A stretch of 63,787 nt of DNA, filler included, from Octopus bimaculoides (Eukaryota), in the NCBI RefSeq assembly GCF_001194135.2. It is 5 parts of 5 records of this genome, joined end to end, with 100 filler letters (N's around TTAATTAATTAA, not from the genome) between each part and the next. Parts side by side here need not be neighbours in the genome. Positions count along the whole stretch, not along the records: positions 11,889 to 22,035 come from NC_068981.1; positions 22,136 to 37,627 come from NC_068994.1; 3 more parts are not named here. One strand, written 5' to 3'. The translations under genes were made by a program, and so were the position numbers. This document shows positions 11,928 to 25,049 of this stretch, piece by piece. How positions within the stretch are numbered: the stretch's first letter is position 1; every line of letters begins with the position of its first letter. The notes beneath the pieces were generated by a model, which was not told where the DNA came from, made no database searches, and saw only the letters and a list, made by a program, of their open reading frames with translations.

Positions 11928-14300
11928 GAGAGAAATATGAGAGTGAAAGGCTAGGGTCGAAAAAGTAGAGCAACGTACGAAAATTTAATACGACTATACA
12001 CACTTCGCTTTCAGTGAATATTCAGTCTTGTTTCATACGAAGTGCAGCTATTTTCAATTTTGACAACTTTTGTGTAAGCCGTTGATAATCTCGTGACCTA
12101 TAGAGTCATTTGTATCCATTCTACTAACTAATTAAGGGAATGAGCTTAGTTTATTTTTTGTTTTGGATATCATGTTGTGCCATCCCAGAAAAGCAAGAGG
12201 GTATTGGGGTGAGTTTTGCTCTCTTCTTTCTCCTAGATGTTACCGTGTGTTGGTAGATAATCCTTTGTCTCAAAGCATATCTCAAGATCAAAGGGTTTAA
12301 TAGCATGTGCTAAAGATTTCAATAATAGATGGGCATCGTCAAGGAAATTCGCCCTCGATTATTTTCACAAATGCTCTTCATTCGAAAACATCCAGAACTG
12401 AAGTTGTACAATACTCCATGTATAAGTTTTGGGCTTACTAAGCAATATTTTGCTAAAACGAAAATCATATTTGCCTACCGTGTTCAATAACTTGAAGGCG
12501 GAGATTACTATAATCTCCGAATAATATACAGACTGTACTGGTGCCAACATACAACTTTCCCTTGTGACCTGAACCCCTTGGGTGTAAATAATGCACAGTT
12601 TACTTGTTATTAAAATCACTAATTTTGTGTTGATGTTTCCAGATAGGCACACAGTTTGCTTTATTGTACGCCTTAATGAGATCCACAAAGCCATTACACT
12701 GTTTTGCACTAGGGTTGGTTGAGTGTTTCGTGTTGACTGTCAGAGATAATTTATTCTCCATGATGATTAATGACCCATAGTACGCGTTTGATGTAGAGAA
12801 AATACATGATTTTACAGGCAGTAGAATAATGGAAAATAGCGAGACGTTTCCTATGCGATATTTGCTGTTATTCACAAGTTTAATGGAAGTATACTCAATG
12901 TACATGGATTACTCTTGCTCTGTATTAACGATAAGAATTCCAAGATTTTACCATACAATTTCTGCCCGAAATATGACATTATAGTATACATGCTCTCATA
13001 AATCTGGCATTTCTAAATCTAGATTTGCTTGATTGCAGTATGTACTTCATGCAATTGAACTTAATTGACACGTTGTTAGTTAGTTTATCTCTTAAAACTC
13101 ATAAATATTTTAAAGTCGTGTTCCCTTCTTTAAAATATCTCATTTACTTTTCTGTCGGAAATATCGAGGCAACACATATCATGACATATTAAGATCTATA
13201 CGTCTTTGATCTATGTTAAATTTTGAAGTGCATCAAAAAAATGATGCACCAAAATCTCTCAATATCGAAGACCTTAACTCAGCGGATGACAATGCAAATC
13301 CTGCTTCTGTCAGATAATTCAAGATCTCTAGTTGTACTGGTTCTATCTTAAGTAAATATCTAGTGTTTTTTCATGGATTAATTGACAGATAACCGCCATA
13401 TTTCTGCTGTGTGTACTATAAGTGTTACTTCAAAATAGTTCACGTGAAACCAATTTCAGTAGCTAAAAAGCGAGAATTTCGTTCCTGAGGCACCTACAAC
13501 AAGCTTGAATATAATGTTTAATACGTTTTTTCCGACAAAATTGTGCTTAATTTATACTACATCATCCCTCCCATAACTTCAACATCGATTGTTTGACATT
13601 TTTAGGCTTTAATAATATTTCTTGTTTCCTTGAAAGTCTACGATAAAACGCAGCTCATCATAAAATTTGTCTAGCTGCTAACGCATGTTATGGCTTGAAA
13701 TAATGAGAGGAATAACCATTTGTGTTTATTATAGACTCACTTAAAAGGGAGATATTAATATCGAAAACACAGCGATTTATGGTTGTGCGATTGTTGGTTA
13801 AATTTGTCCGTTACACATTTGCAAAGTTCTCCTAAGATCCCATTGAATATAGTTTATACTAAATGTTATGACAATGTTGGACTTAATAATCACATTAAGC
13901 AGAGAAGTATCATCCTATCTCACACTGGAAATAAAATCCCATATGTTGGGATTGCATTACGAGAACATGATATAAAAGATTATAAGCTATCATATAACCT
14001 ATCGCTCCGTGTTAGTTGGATGATCTAGTAAAAGAAGAGGAGTTTATTAATAAACGAATTATTAGAAAGTGGGACGTGGTTAAATATTGCTAGATTTTGT
14101 CATAAATCTAACATGAAATGATGCATTCGGAATTACCTTTTTGACTAGCCAGTAAGCTAGTGTTAATTCTCAATGACATTCTCAAAGTAAACGAATTAGA
14201 GCGTTTCATTAAGAGCAACCACGTCAAAGTTATATTTGCTTAAGACATCTAAAAGAGGAACTGTCATCTACTCAAATTATTACACCAACTTGATGAGGTA

Positions 14301-14336
<36 letters not shown>

Positions 14337-14496
14337 GTATGTATAAAAGTATGTAAAGACATGTCTACTTGCTTATGTCTGTACACATATATAAATTTGT
14401 AAGAATATGCCCATATGTGCATAAAGTTATATACACACATCTTCATGCAGAAATATATATCTGTATGTATGCATATGTGTGTATTTGTGCGAACAG

Positions 14497-14540
<44 letters not shown>

Positions 14541-15144
14541 TGCCAGTAAAATTAATTTCGTATTTGATTAATATTGCTTTGTAATAATTCGTTTTCTCTA
14601 TTCAAATAGAAAATTCATGCAAGTTTATTCAATTTTCTCAAATGACTATCTATTAAATTTGTAATATTATTCATGAGCTACCACTAAGAAAATTCAAAAT
14701 GAATTTAACGTTAATCAAATAGAAATATAATTTATTTTGACTACCGTTAGATATCAGCATATATGTACCTATACTTGATTAAACAGGATGTACATATATG
14801 CACTAAATCAAATTCGATTTGCACTCGATGATTTCTAGTGATATTCAGTGGTGAAAGAATGAAGTTTACAAGCTTAGTATATTCCGGGGTGCATATGGTA
14901 AACTGATTAATTTAAGCGTTGGTATAAATACAACTGTCATCTGGAATTCACACGATTGATTTCAGGATAACTTTAGAGTTCTAAAATCATTGGTATTTCT
15001 TAAAATATTATTTTGAAATTTCATCAAATCCAAACGAAATAATAATGATATTCTTATTAATAATACTAATCATAATAATAATCCTTCTACTTTATAATGA
15101 TACTTTCTATTTAATATCATTTCTGAAAACCTGTGTAGGTGGCT

Positions 15145-15305
15145 AGTCAATGGGATCAAAACCGGTGCTTAAAGGGTACTTATTTTATCGAACACCGATT
15201 GGCGAAAAGCAAAGTTGATGACTGGGAAATTTGAACTGTGAATTTAAAAACGGACGAAATGTGGTTAAGTATTTTGTTCGGCGAAGGAAAGATTCTGCCA
15301 CCTCG
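15145..15305 (-). mobile_element. family B SINE, old copy
   Basis: GGTACTTATTTTATCGA..AAATTTGAACT..GACGAAATG..GATTCTGCCA. Confidence 0.6.
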
Positions 15306-15312
15306 TGTACGG

Positions 15313-15345
15313 AATAATAATAATAATAACAGCAATAACACTATC

Positions 15346-15428
<83 letters not shown>

Positions 15429-15480
15429 CGATGACGATGATGATAATAATAACAAAAATAAAAATAAAAATAATAATAAT

Positions 15481-15556
<76 letters not shown>
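15313..15556. repeat. compound (AAT)n-(GAT)n-(AAT)n microsatellite
   Basis: Read directly; it produces the poly-N/D/I/L pseudo-ORFs in the track. Confidence 0.95.
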
Positions 15557-15557
<1 letters not shown>

Positions 15558-16242
15558 GTGACTTGATGCCATATCAGACACTGGCTCTTACGGCTTCTGA
15601 TCTTAACTGATTGTGCAATAATGTATGTTTTGTTTTGTTATAAAAGATGAGATATAGCAAATATTCTGCTCAGTACCACAGATTTGCTTGTTCTTAACAA
15701 ATTAAACATCTCTCTTAGTGGCTAAATATATGTGCATCTCTGATCACGGGCAGAAGTAGTGCGGGAGCATGATATGTTGACAGGAGTACTTTTAGGTTTG
15801 AATAACTCACCTCTGGAAACATGCACGTTTCGTTCAACATCATTAAACGATCATTGTTCAGGGACCTTTTGAACAGGATGAAATACTTAACCTGAAGAAA
15901 ATTCTAACTGGCACCCAAGGCCATGGGCTGTCTATCTTGATATGAGATCACCATGTCAGGCACATATGGTTGTGATGAATGTGCCAGGTGTACCGTTATC
16001 AGACGGATAGTGATGATGGATATTTTGGCCTTCGTATAATTTATCTCAGCGTCACTTTGATGGCATTCACTGCTCTCTCACTCAAACATAACGATAATAA
16101 TAATGGTTTTCTTCTTTACCACAAGGGTTTACCTTAATAAAAACATTATGGACTGCACAGGAAAAAAAAATCAAAGAATATGTGTGTCTATATGAATGAG
16201 TGTGGGTTGTGGGATTTTTGCGTGTGAATGTGATTAACAATA

Positions 16243-18930
16243 TTTTTTTTTTTTTTAAGAGAAATCAAGAACGTATAATCCTCAATAGGGAGGACACGCT
16301 CGAGGACTGTTTATAGAAAAAAAAACCCATACAACCATGGATACTCTGACTTCTGGGGCCGATGCCGTTTATTCCTTTCCTCTTTTCCAAATACAGGCGT
16401 ACTCTCAGGACATTACTCGCACCATTCACGACACTTTCATCCAACTGTCAACAAACTGGCAAGAAGACAACACGTCTCTACCGTTATCTTCCTTTTCAAG
16501 TGAAACTGGAAGAAGATTAGGGATTGGGCAAAGAGAAAAGTGTTTGTATTCAACCCCTTTAATCTCGCCCATCATACAATCTCTTTCACCATGGCTACCA
16601 GGTGTATAAGAATAGGCTTTCCTTCCCGGATAAAGGAAAACAGTGGTGCTATCTTCAAGATAGATTCAGTTGACAGCCGGCTCCGTCCCACACGCAACAG
16701 CAGGTGTTCAACATGAACCCACAGGTGAGCAATTCTCAGGTACTAGGCGAGAGCTTGTAGGACCGTTTCGTCCTACATGCATCTCGGACATGCTCAGCTG
16801 ACGTAATTTCTGTGCCTGTAAAGTTTATCTCGAACAGGAAAAGCTCCCCGGTTACACTGACCGTCCAGAGATTTTAGAATTTATCCATCTTTCCCGGCCA
16901 GAAAGTTCTCCGAAAAAGAGCTCATCATCTACGCCCACGGTCTCTCCAAAAACGATGCCGCATTTTCCTTCCACTAATCCTCTATAAAATGCTAAATCTA
17001 ACATTCAAATAATCGCACTGTCCGCTTGGCTGAGGGCTGTGAGCTATTGAAGGCATTTCACATTCCAAATGCTAACCCCGGTCTCTGTTTTACCCAGGAC
17101 CGCAACTCCATTAAATAAGCTAGTTACAGAAATATGCCGAACGAAAGGCGTCAACACCTGTTCACCGACAAGGAAGCACTGGAGATGTCGTAGCTTAAGC
17201 GCATATCGGCGCATCATCAACCACGGTCTACCAAGACCATGACGAAGCGGGTGCAGACAGTAGATAGACCGCATGACCATCGGGACACATCCCTTCTACA
17301 AAAAGCAGAAGAGTATACGCTCCAGCGTAATCAGACGGTGGCCTAGACAAGGCACACCGGTCAAGCATAGTAGATGACGGACGTGATATAAGCGTTATCC
17401 ATCTCTACCTGACATTTCAGGGATAGTTTTCTCTCGGCCCGTTTCTTGTTGAGAGTAGATGCCTTGCTCGTTGCCTCGTTCTACTTGTTTACCATCTAAA
17501 GGTACGGACCAAACTAGATATCGAGCAATTTAACAGCACTCCACAATGCAGTTGGTTGACAAGAACTTGGTTCTCCAGCCTCCGAGCTGGAGGCCCATTA
17601 ATTTTCCTGGTTAATTGTTACATATGAAACCATCCCGTAATCCCTGAGTGCGGTGCTCATAATTTCTATGTTTATGATCCGACAACTACGGTGAAGTCGT
17701 CGGGATATGCCGACACGTATCTCTCACTTCTAAGTGACGCAGGATGCCTCTCAACACTTCCAGTTTGTGCAGTAGTGGCTCTAGAGTTAGTACGTGAAAG
17801 AGAGAGAGAAGGGGCAAACTTGCCGGCCAAAGCGCAGGATGTAGAACGTATCTGAGAGGTGATCGTTCACTCTGGCCACTGAACAGATGTCGCTGTGCAT
17901 TGCAGCGTTCCAGCCTCTGAATACAGCTGCCTTGAAGGACCTCTGCCAGGTATAAATGGTCGAGGTATAAGGTTATGTAACCAGTTACTCAATGATGTAT
18001 CTTATGAGGTGAAGGTTGTTGCGGATGGATCTTTTCAGGATGACACATGTCTGCCAGTGACTCCGCTACTAGATCCCCGACAACAAGCGCCAACATCTTA
18101 GCTAATATCTTGGCCACAATTTCGAATTCTGCATTTATCATGGTTACTGGCCTAAAGCTGTCAATACAATCTGGTTGTTCGTGTCTTTTTTCAGCAACTC
18201 CACCACTCTTCCAGTCGCAAAACAAGGAAATTCTCCCATTCTGTTACCAGTTGCAGTAAACGTTTGGTAAGAGACCGCCGAATAAGTCTATCATATAAAC
18301 GTAAATCTCGTAGGGCAGACCATCCAAACCAGCCGATTTTCCCCACGTGCAGCTAGCCATTGCTTTCCGTATTTCAGAGGCTGTTATTAGCCTTTCACAG
18401 CCTTCCAACCCCAACACCGAGAGCCACGGCAGCTAATCAAGGTAGGACGTGCGACCTATCCTGCGACCCGGCTCACCGCTGCTCCTGAACATTTGCGTGA
18501 AAGGCATCTGTCTCGGATCAGTTATCATTTTCCCTTCGTGTTTCGGCAAGGATTGGATCGTGGATTTATTGCCACACCGTGCCTCTGCCACTCCAGCACA
18601 TTGAACGGCTTTTGTCCCTTCGTGTCTAAGTGCTCATGCCTCAAATTTGGCAACGCAACCTTCGTGTTTCACGCTGAAGAATTCATTGAGTGCGAATGTC
18701 GCTGGCAGCACTCGGTCGCGATACCTTTTCTAAGACCCTCGTCTAACATCTTGACTAGCTCTATTTCTACTATGTTTCTTTCTACTGCAACTCTTTTGCT
18801 AAACCTTATCGATTCTATTGACATTGACATTTTCAGGGCGAACAACCCTTTAGTGTTAAATATTGCCCCCGTCTACGACCTCTTAAATTGTCCATTAATC
18901 CTGTCACTGGAATCTTCACATGCCGGCACC
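16243..18930 (-). mobile_element. L1/Tx1-clade LINE ORF2 pseudogene, 5'-truncated, with poly(A) tail
   Basis: Minus strand with stops and frameshifts: ITASEIRKAMASCTWGKSAGLDGLPYEIY, IDSFRPVTMINAEFEIVAKILAK, VLTLEPLLHKLEVLRGI, VSAYPDDFTV (RT active site, ~17700), GAFPVRDKL..CPRC (C-terminal zinc knuckle). T-run at 16243-16256 is the poly(A) tail. Confidence 0.9.
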
Positions 18931-19139
18931 GAAGTGTTCAACTTCCTGTTTGTCATTGTTGTTGCACTTGTTCATGGTGCTGCTGAAGTTGTTGATCCTG
19001 ATGTTGTTGTTAAAACTCAACTCGTCTGTTGCTTTGCTAGTATGAAAGGGGTGCCATTTTTTAAGTTTAGAAATCGTTGTTTTATGTCGAACAATGTTGC
19101 CAAAAAGGGAGACGGGAAATTATATCTATAGTTGCGTGT

Positions 19140-19478
19140 GTGAACGCTCATGGCTCAGTGGTTAGGGCTTCGAGCTTACGATCGTGAGGTTGTGAGTTGG
19201 AAATACGGACCGGGCTGTGTGTTGAGTTATTGAGCAAGACACTCTTTTTCACTTTGCTCCAGTTCACTCAGCTGTAGAAATGAGTTACGTCGTCACTGGT
19301 GCCAAGTTGGATCGGCCTTTGCGTTTCCCTTGGGTAACACTGGTGACGTGGAGAGAGGAGGCCGGTATGTATGGACGACTGCTGGTTTGCATAAACAAAC
19401 TTGCGTGGACCTGTGCTTGCAAGGGTAACATTTTAGATGCAATCTCATGGTCAGTCGTGACCGAAGAGAGTCTCAGCA
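19140..19478 (+). mobile_element. tRNA-derived SINE family D
   Basis: CATGGCTCAGTGGTTAGG A-box; TTGAGCAAGACACT..CTCCAGTTCACTCAGCTGTAGAAATGAGT; the 3' part matches 51965-52135 in reverse. Confidence 0.75.
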
Positions 19479-21059
19479 TNNNNNNNNNNNNNNNNNNNNN
19501 NNNNNNNNNNNNNNNNNNNNNNNNNNNNNNNNNNNNNNNNNNNNNNNNNNNNNNNNNNNNNNNNNNNNNNNNNNNNNNNNNNNNNNNNNNNNNNNNNNNN
19601 NNNNNNNNNNNNNNNNNNNNNNNNNNNNNNNNNNNNNATATATATATACTCCGTGTGGTGCTATTGAGTTTGTGATGGCCTGGGCCGATAATAGTCGAAA
19701 CCCTTCTAAGTTTTAGGCTTGTTGGATTTATAAATTATTATAGCTTTGGATACCGACGGTACATACCTTTGAAAAACTAACATGGTTTACCAATCCAAGA
19801 GTAGAGGAACAGTTAGCTGTTCTAAAAGTTAAGAAAAAAATCAATTACGTTATAATGCTTTTCAACATTGAATGTATTTATAAGCAGCAGTAGCGATATC
19901 AACAACAACAGTAGCACCGACGTGTTCAACACAAGAAATCTAAATTGCTAGAATCACCAATACGTCCAGCAGTGTCAAACAACAGAAAATATCTAAAAGA
20001 GCAAAAAGAAAACAAAATTCCCTACGAAAAATTCCTCCTTCGCCACCAGCACCATTATTAACAGCAGCCCCAAAATAAAAATCAACACAACCAGAATTTA
20101 CAAATCCATTGCTATCTAGTTGGCAATCGCCGTGTGAGAGGAGTAATTAATTAAATTCACGCTTAACGAATTAAAAATACTAAAATCACAGAGTTAAGCA
20201 TTATTGAATCCATCTAATATGAAAGTAATCAGAATACTCCCTTATAAAGTAATACGCAAAATAAACGGAAAAACGACGAGAAACACAAATAATATACGAA
20301 TATGTATCCTACTTATTCGGGGTATCAGATCGTAAGTCGTTTAGGAGAAAACAGTGCAGAGTCGATGTCAGATTCAGGAGAGAGTATAAGACCTGGAAAC
20401 TTTTAGACCAATATTATTAACAAAATCAACATCAATACCAGCAGAAAAAAAAATATACATTGAGAAAAAATTACCAAAAGGATAAAATGAAATATCGCTT
20501 TCAACAACTAGCACATAGCCAATAGTAAGAGCTAATAAAAAAAATTCCCAAAATAACAACAAAACAAAACGAAAACAGCCCTCAAGATACAAAGTTCTCA
20601 CTTGCAAATAGCAACGTGTTTTCATTGAAGGATAAACGGATTGTGATAAAACATGTGAAACAAGAAAACATGTTAAGAGGCACATTCGCATGGAAGTAAT
20701 ACCTCTCACCAACAATTCACCATCACCATCTCCAAAAACTACAGAAAATATTAGTAATAACAACGTAATTGCAACAGCAGAGACAGTCCTCACAAGAAAG
20801 AGACTGCCATCATCACAAATACTATCAAAACCAGTTATACACCCCCAAAACGGATAAGAGCTACGAAAGGTTTTAGTTTACACTGCCAGGCGCAAAAGCA
20901 AGCTACAGTTGATGAAATATGTACAAAACACAGGCGTCACTAAGAATAATTTCACCAATAGTTAAATTTTATATATCGCTATAGATACCAAGCAAATAAA
21001 CCAACGTAGTAGGTGACTTCGTAATGAATATAAGAAAATGACTTCAAACACAACTGCTT

Positions 21060-21415
21060 GTGGAAAAAGTCATATAGACCCTAGTGAACAATTGGTATTT
21101 ATTTCATCAACTCGGATTGGATGAAAAACAAAGTTCATCTCGGCGGAAATGAACTCAGATCTCAGACGAAAATGCTGCTACGCATTTTGTCCTATACAAT
21201 AATGATTTTTCCAGCTCTCCGCCCTACCAATAATAATTCTTTCTCTTATAGGTACAAGTCCTGAAATTAAGATGATAGGAGCCAGTCGATTGCACCGACC
21301 CCAGTCGGCAACTGGGGCTTCTTTTATCGACTCCGGAAAAATAAAAGACAACCGAGCCAGAATTTGAACGTAAGGACAGGTAATTCCACTTAGTATTTTA
21401 CCCCGCATGCCATCT
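21060..21415 (-). mobile_element. cluster of partial family B SINEs
   Basis: GGCGGAAATGAACTCAGA and CCAGAATTTGAACGTAAG..GCATGCCATC motifs, repeated. Confidence 0.6.
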
Positions 21416-21436
21416 TAATAATAATAATACATATGT

Positions 21437-21909
21437 ACATACACCGGAAAAGGTAATGGAGAAAAAGGGGGCAGCAAAAATCCTCTGGGACATTAATTTC
21501 CAGACAGACAGGGTGTTAGAGCACCGTAGACCGGATATAGTAACCTTTAGGAGGGACAAAAATGTGTACCTAAAACTTGACATGGCAGTGCTAAGAAATC
21601 AACATTCGTCTTGAAAGAAAAGGTTGATAAATATGGAGGACTGAGAATTAAGTTCGCGAAACGTGCCACCTACAAGAGTCAAACATAAAGTTTATCCATA
21701 TTGTGATCGGTGATCTGAATTCAATACTAACCAATCTGGAAAAAAAAAGATGAAAATCTTAGAAACAAGCTACATTCTAGATGTATTGCAAACATTGTAA
21801 TTACTTGTTGTGACTTCACAAATAGTACACACGCCCGGTAGGCACAATATCTTCAACCAATAACCTCACGATATTGTATACTCTGTGACGTCTATGTTAA
21901 TAACAACGA

Positions 21910-21990
<81 letters not shown>

Positions 21991-21998
21991 TGATGATA
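21437..21998 (+). mobile_element. R4/Dong-like RLE-endonuclease LINE 3' end followed by (AAT)n
   Basis: Translates HTPEKVME..AKILWDINFQTDRVLEHRRPDIV..DMAV..VDKYGGLRI..IVIGDLNSI, a restriction-like endonuclease domain of R2/R4-type elements; (AAT)n run at ~21911-21998. Confidence 0.8.
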
Positions 21999-22909
21999 AT
22001 AATAATAGATCCCCAATTTCTGGTTAAAACACCTGNNNNNNNNNNNNNNNNNNNNNNNNNNNNNNNNNNNNNNNNNNNNTTAATTAATTAANNNNNNNNN
22101 NNNNNNNNNNNNNNNNNNNNNNNNNNNNNNNNNNNATATATATATATATATATATATATACATATGTATATGTATGAATGTATGCCCACATGCACACCAA
22201 CACACGTAAGTAAACATATTTTAACAACCGAAACACACATTCACATATCAATATTTGTGTACATAAACATACACTCATGAACACTCGACACTTGTGTGTG
22301 GTCAGGTGCAAAATTATATGTATATGTGTGCATGCACACATGTTAGTTTTCATGTGTCATCACATTGATGCCTTTGAGCAAAATTGTGTTTGTTTACATC
22401 TCCTCCAAGAAAGAAGACCCATAACTTGTTGGTTTCATGTGAAGACGAGTAGAATGAAAATAACTTGGAAAAGAAGTAAAGGTTGGGAACAGGAAGGGAA
22501 TCAGTCTGCCTAAGTACTGCCTAAGTGTGTCTCATCCAACCCATTGCCAGTACTTGTGTGTTGTGTGTGTTTATGTATGTATGTATGTGTGTGTGTGTGT
22601 GTCTGTATATGTATGAGTGTGTGTATGTGTCTATCCATGTGTAATGGAAATGGGAGCAGTCAGGTTTTCAATCAGACAAAGGAAACCATATTTACATTAC
22701 CTTTTCAAATTGCTGATACTATCTGTTAGCCACTGCTCCTGACAGATGTGTTAGAATTTCTCGTAAACAACTCCGAATGTACAGAGCCACAACAACATAT
22801 GCTGCAATGCACAGTATCTGACCCACTGATGCACTGATGTGTTCTGCCAAACTTTGCTGCTAGCATATGCTTTACCCTACATTATCTCTCTCTCTCTCTC
22901 TCTCTCTCT

Positions 22910-22965
<56 letters not shown>

Positions 22966-22974
22966 TATTCTTTA

Positions 22975-24860
22975 AGGATACTATTGATAACGACTTTGAA
23001 GTTTCAGCCAGCTAAGCCATTATGAGACTGTGATGCTTTAAGTTAATCTTGGGTTTATATAGTCTTTGTTAATATAGAAAAACTTTTCTGAGTTTTGTGG
23101 GGTTTAGTTGAATGTTAATTAGATTGTCAGGTGGGATGTGATGGGAAAGTATTACTGAGAAATGATTGACTAAATTTGGTGTTATGATGTTGTTTTGAAG
23201 TTATTCATGCATGTAGAACCTTGTAAAAAGGTGTGTATATTTAGGTGTATCAGCTTCAGGTCATTACGATTGTTTTTAGTAGTTCACAAAAAGGAAGTAG
23301 GTAGAGGAAGTCTTTTGGTGTGGGGATGTGTCATTGGCTTTAGTTTTTTTTGGGGGGGGTTTATTGGATGTAATCTTTTGCTTTGGCAATGTAAAGATCA
23401 GAGTCTGCATTTTTTATGGAATTTTTAAGGGTTCACAAAAGAATGTGAGTGGTATGTTTTAGCTGGTCAGTAAGTTTTGAAGTCACTGTCAATACTATTC
23501 TTTTTAAAGAATAATAAATTTGTACTCTACAAAAGTATGGAGTGATCCTTCAGATTAATGTAAAATTGTTTTTATTATAACTGAGTATAAAAACAAACAT
23601 TAATATGTATGTATGTGTGTATTTGTATATACATATAGGTAATATGTGTGTGTGAGCATCATCATTTAACGTCCCTATTCCATTGTAGCATGGGTTGGAT
23701 GACTTGATGGGAGCCAATGAGCCAGAGGACTGATTTGAGCTTCAATGTCTGTTTTATATATATACACACTCTCCTGTAATGCAGGGATTCCTGTGTAACA
23801 TTATGTAATAGATATATGTATGTATGTGTGTATATATATATATGCATGTATACATATATGTTAATGTTTTTTTTTTATGTCAAGTTACAATAAAACCAAT
23901 TTTACATTAAACTAATGGATTACTCAATGCTTTTTGTACGCTACATATTTATTATATTTTTACAAGGAGAGTGGTGATAGTGACTTTGAAGTTTCAACCT
24001 GCTAGCCTTGTGGTACATTTGAGTTCATCTTGGCTTTATAGAGTCTCTGGTAAGTTTTTTTTTTCTGCGTAGGTAGAGATACTTTGTATGATAATTAATT
24101 TGTAGAATAAGTTCTGATGGAAAGATATAGAAAGTTTTAACTGATTAAAGTTGGAGTTGTTATTATTCAGAGTTCAGTGTTGCATATAAAAGTTTTTAAC
24201 CAGGTGTGTCTATTTAGGCTTGTCAGGGCATATCAACTTCGGGTTTTGGGGTTAATTTTTCAGGGTTCACAACAAAATGTAAGTTGGTGAAATGGTTAGT
24301 TGGTCAGCAGATGTGTAACTAGTTTTAATTGTATTTTAACACTAATTTGGGAGATTTAATCAGTTTGTTTTAAAAAGGTAGAGCTTATTGTACAAAATGC
24401 AATCAAACATGTAAAAGTTTTTTCTTAGGTGTATCAGCTTTAGGTCAAGGAGCTTTTAGTATAGAAATTTGGTTATCTTGCATTTTAAGGGTTCACAAAA
24501 GAATGTAAGTGGGTCAGAAGATTTCTTGAATTGTTGTTGATGTTATTTCAACACTAATTAGTAGTTTTAGCCTGTTTTAGAGAAAGTGGAGGTTATTTTT
24601 TAGAGCTCAGTCAAGTATGTAAAACTTTGTTGTTAAGTGTGTTTATTTAAGTGTATCAGCTGTAGGCCATAGTGTTTATAGTATACAAATTTGTTTGTGG
24701 TTTAAGGATGTAAGTAGGTGGAAAAGTTAGCTAGTCAGCAGATTTCTAACTAGGAGTTAATTGTTCATGATGTTATTTACTTACTATTTAGAACATTTTA
24801 ACTTTTGTATTTTGTGAAGGTAAATATTCTGGACTATATTTTTCTAAACATTTTTTCGGT
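22975..24860 (-). repeat. two homologous decayed elements with ~200-220 bp internal sub-repeats
   Basis: Both start GACTTTGAAGTTTCA(G/A)CC (~22992, ~23981). Recurring TTAGGTGTATCAGCTT(C/T)AGGTCA (23241, 24425, 24647 variant) and AGGGTTCACAAAAGAATGTAAGT (23427, 24261, 24487). Confidence 0.65.
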
Positions 24861-25049
24861 TCAGTTTCAAGTGTGGTTATTTGTAATGATTTTTGTATTA
24901 TATTGGACCTATGAGTGTATGTAAATGTGGAGCATCATAAAAACAAATGTTAGGGTATAAATAAGAAGCATAATAGTGTAATAAGGTGCATTCTTAGCAC
25001 AAAAGATGTTGACTACAGTACGAGGGCTGGTGGTGGTGGTGGAATGAGA

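Noticed and set aside
15180-15610. Poly-N/D/L/I ORFs
   Set aside because: Translations of the (AAT)/(GAT) microsatellite.
18493-19131. 212-aa plus-strand ORF
   Set aside because: Antisense shadow of the Tx1 LINE ORF2; no independent motif.
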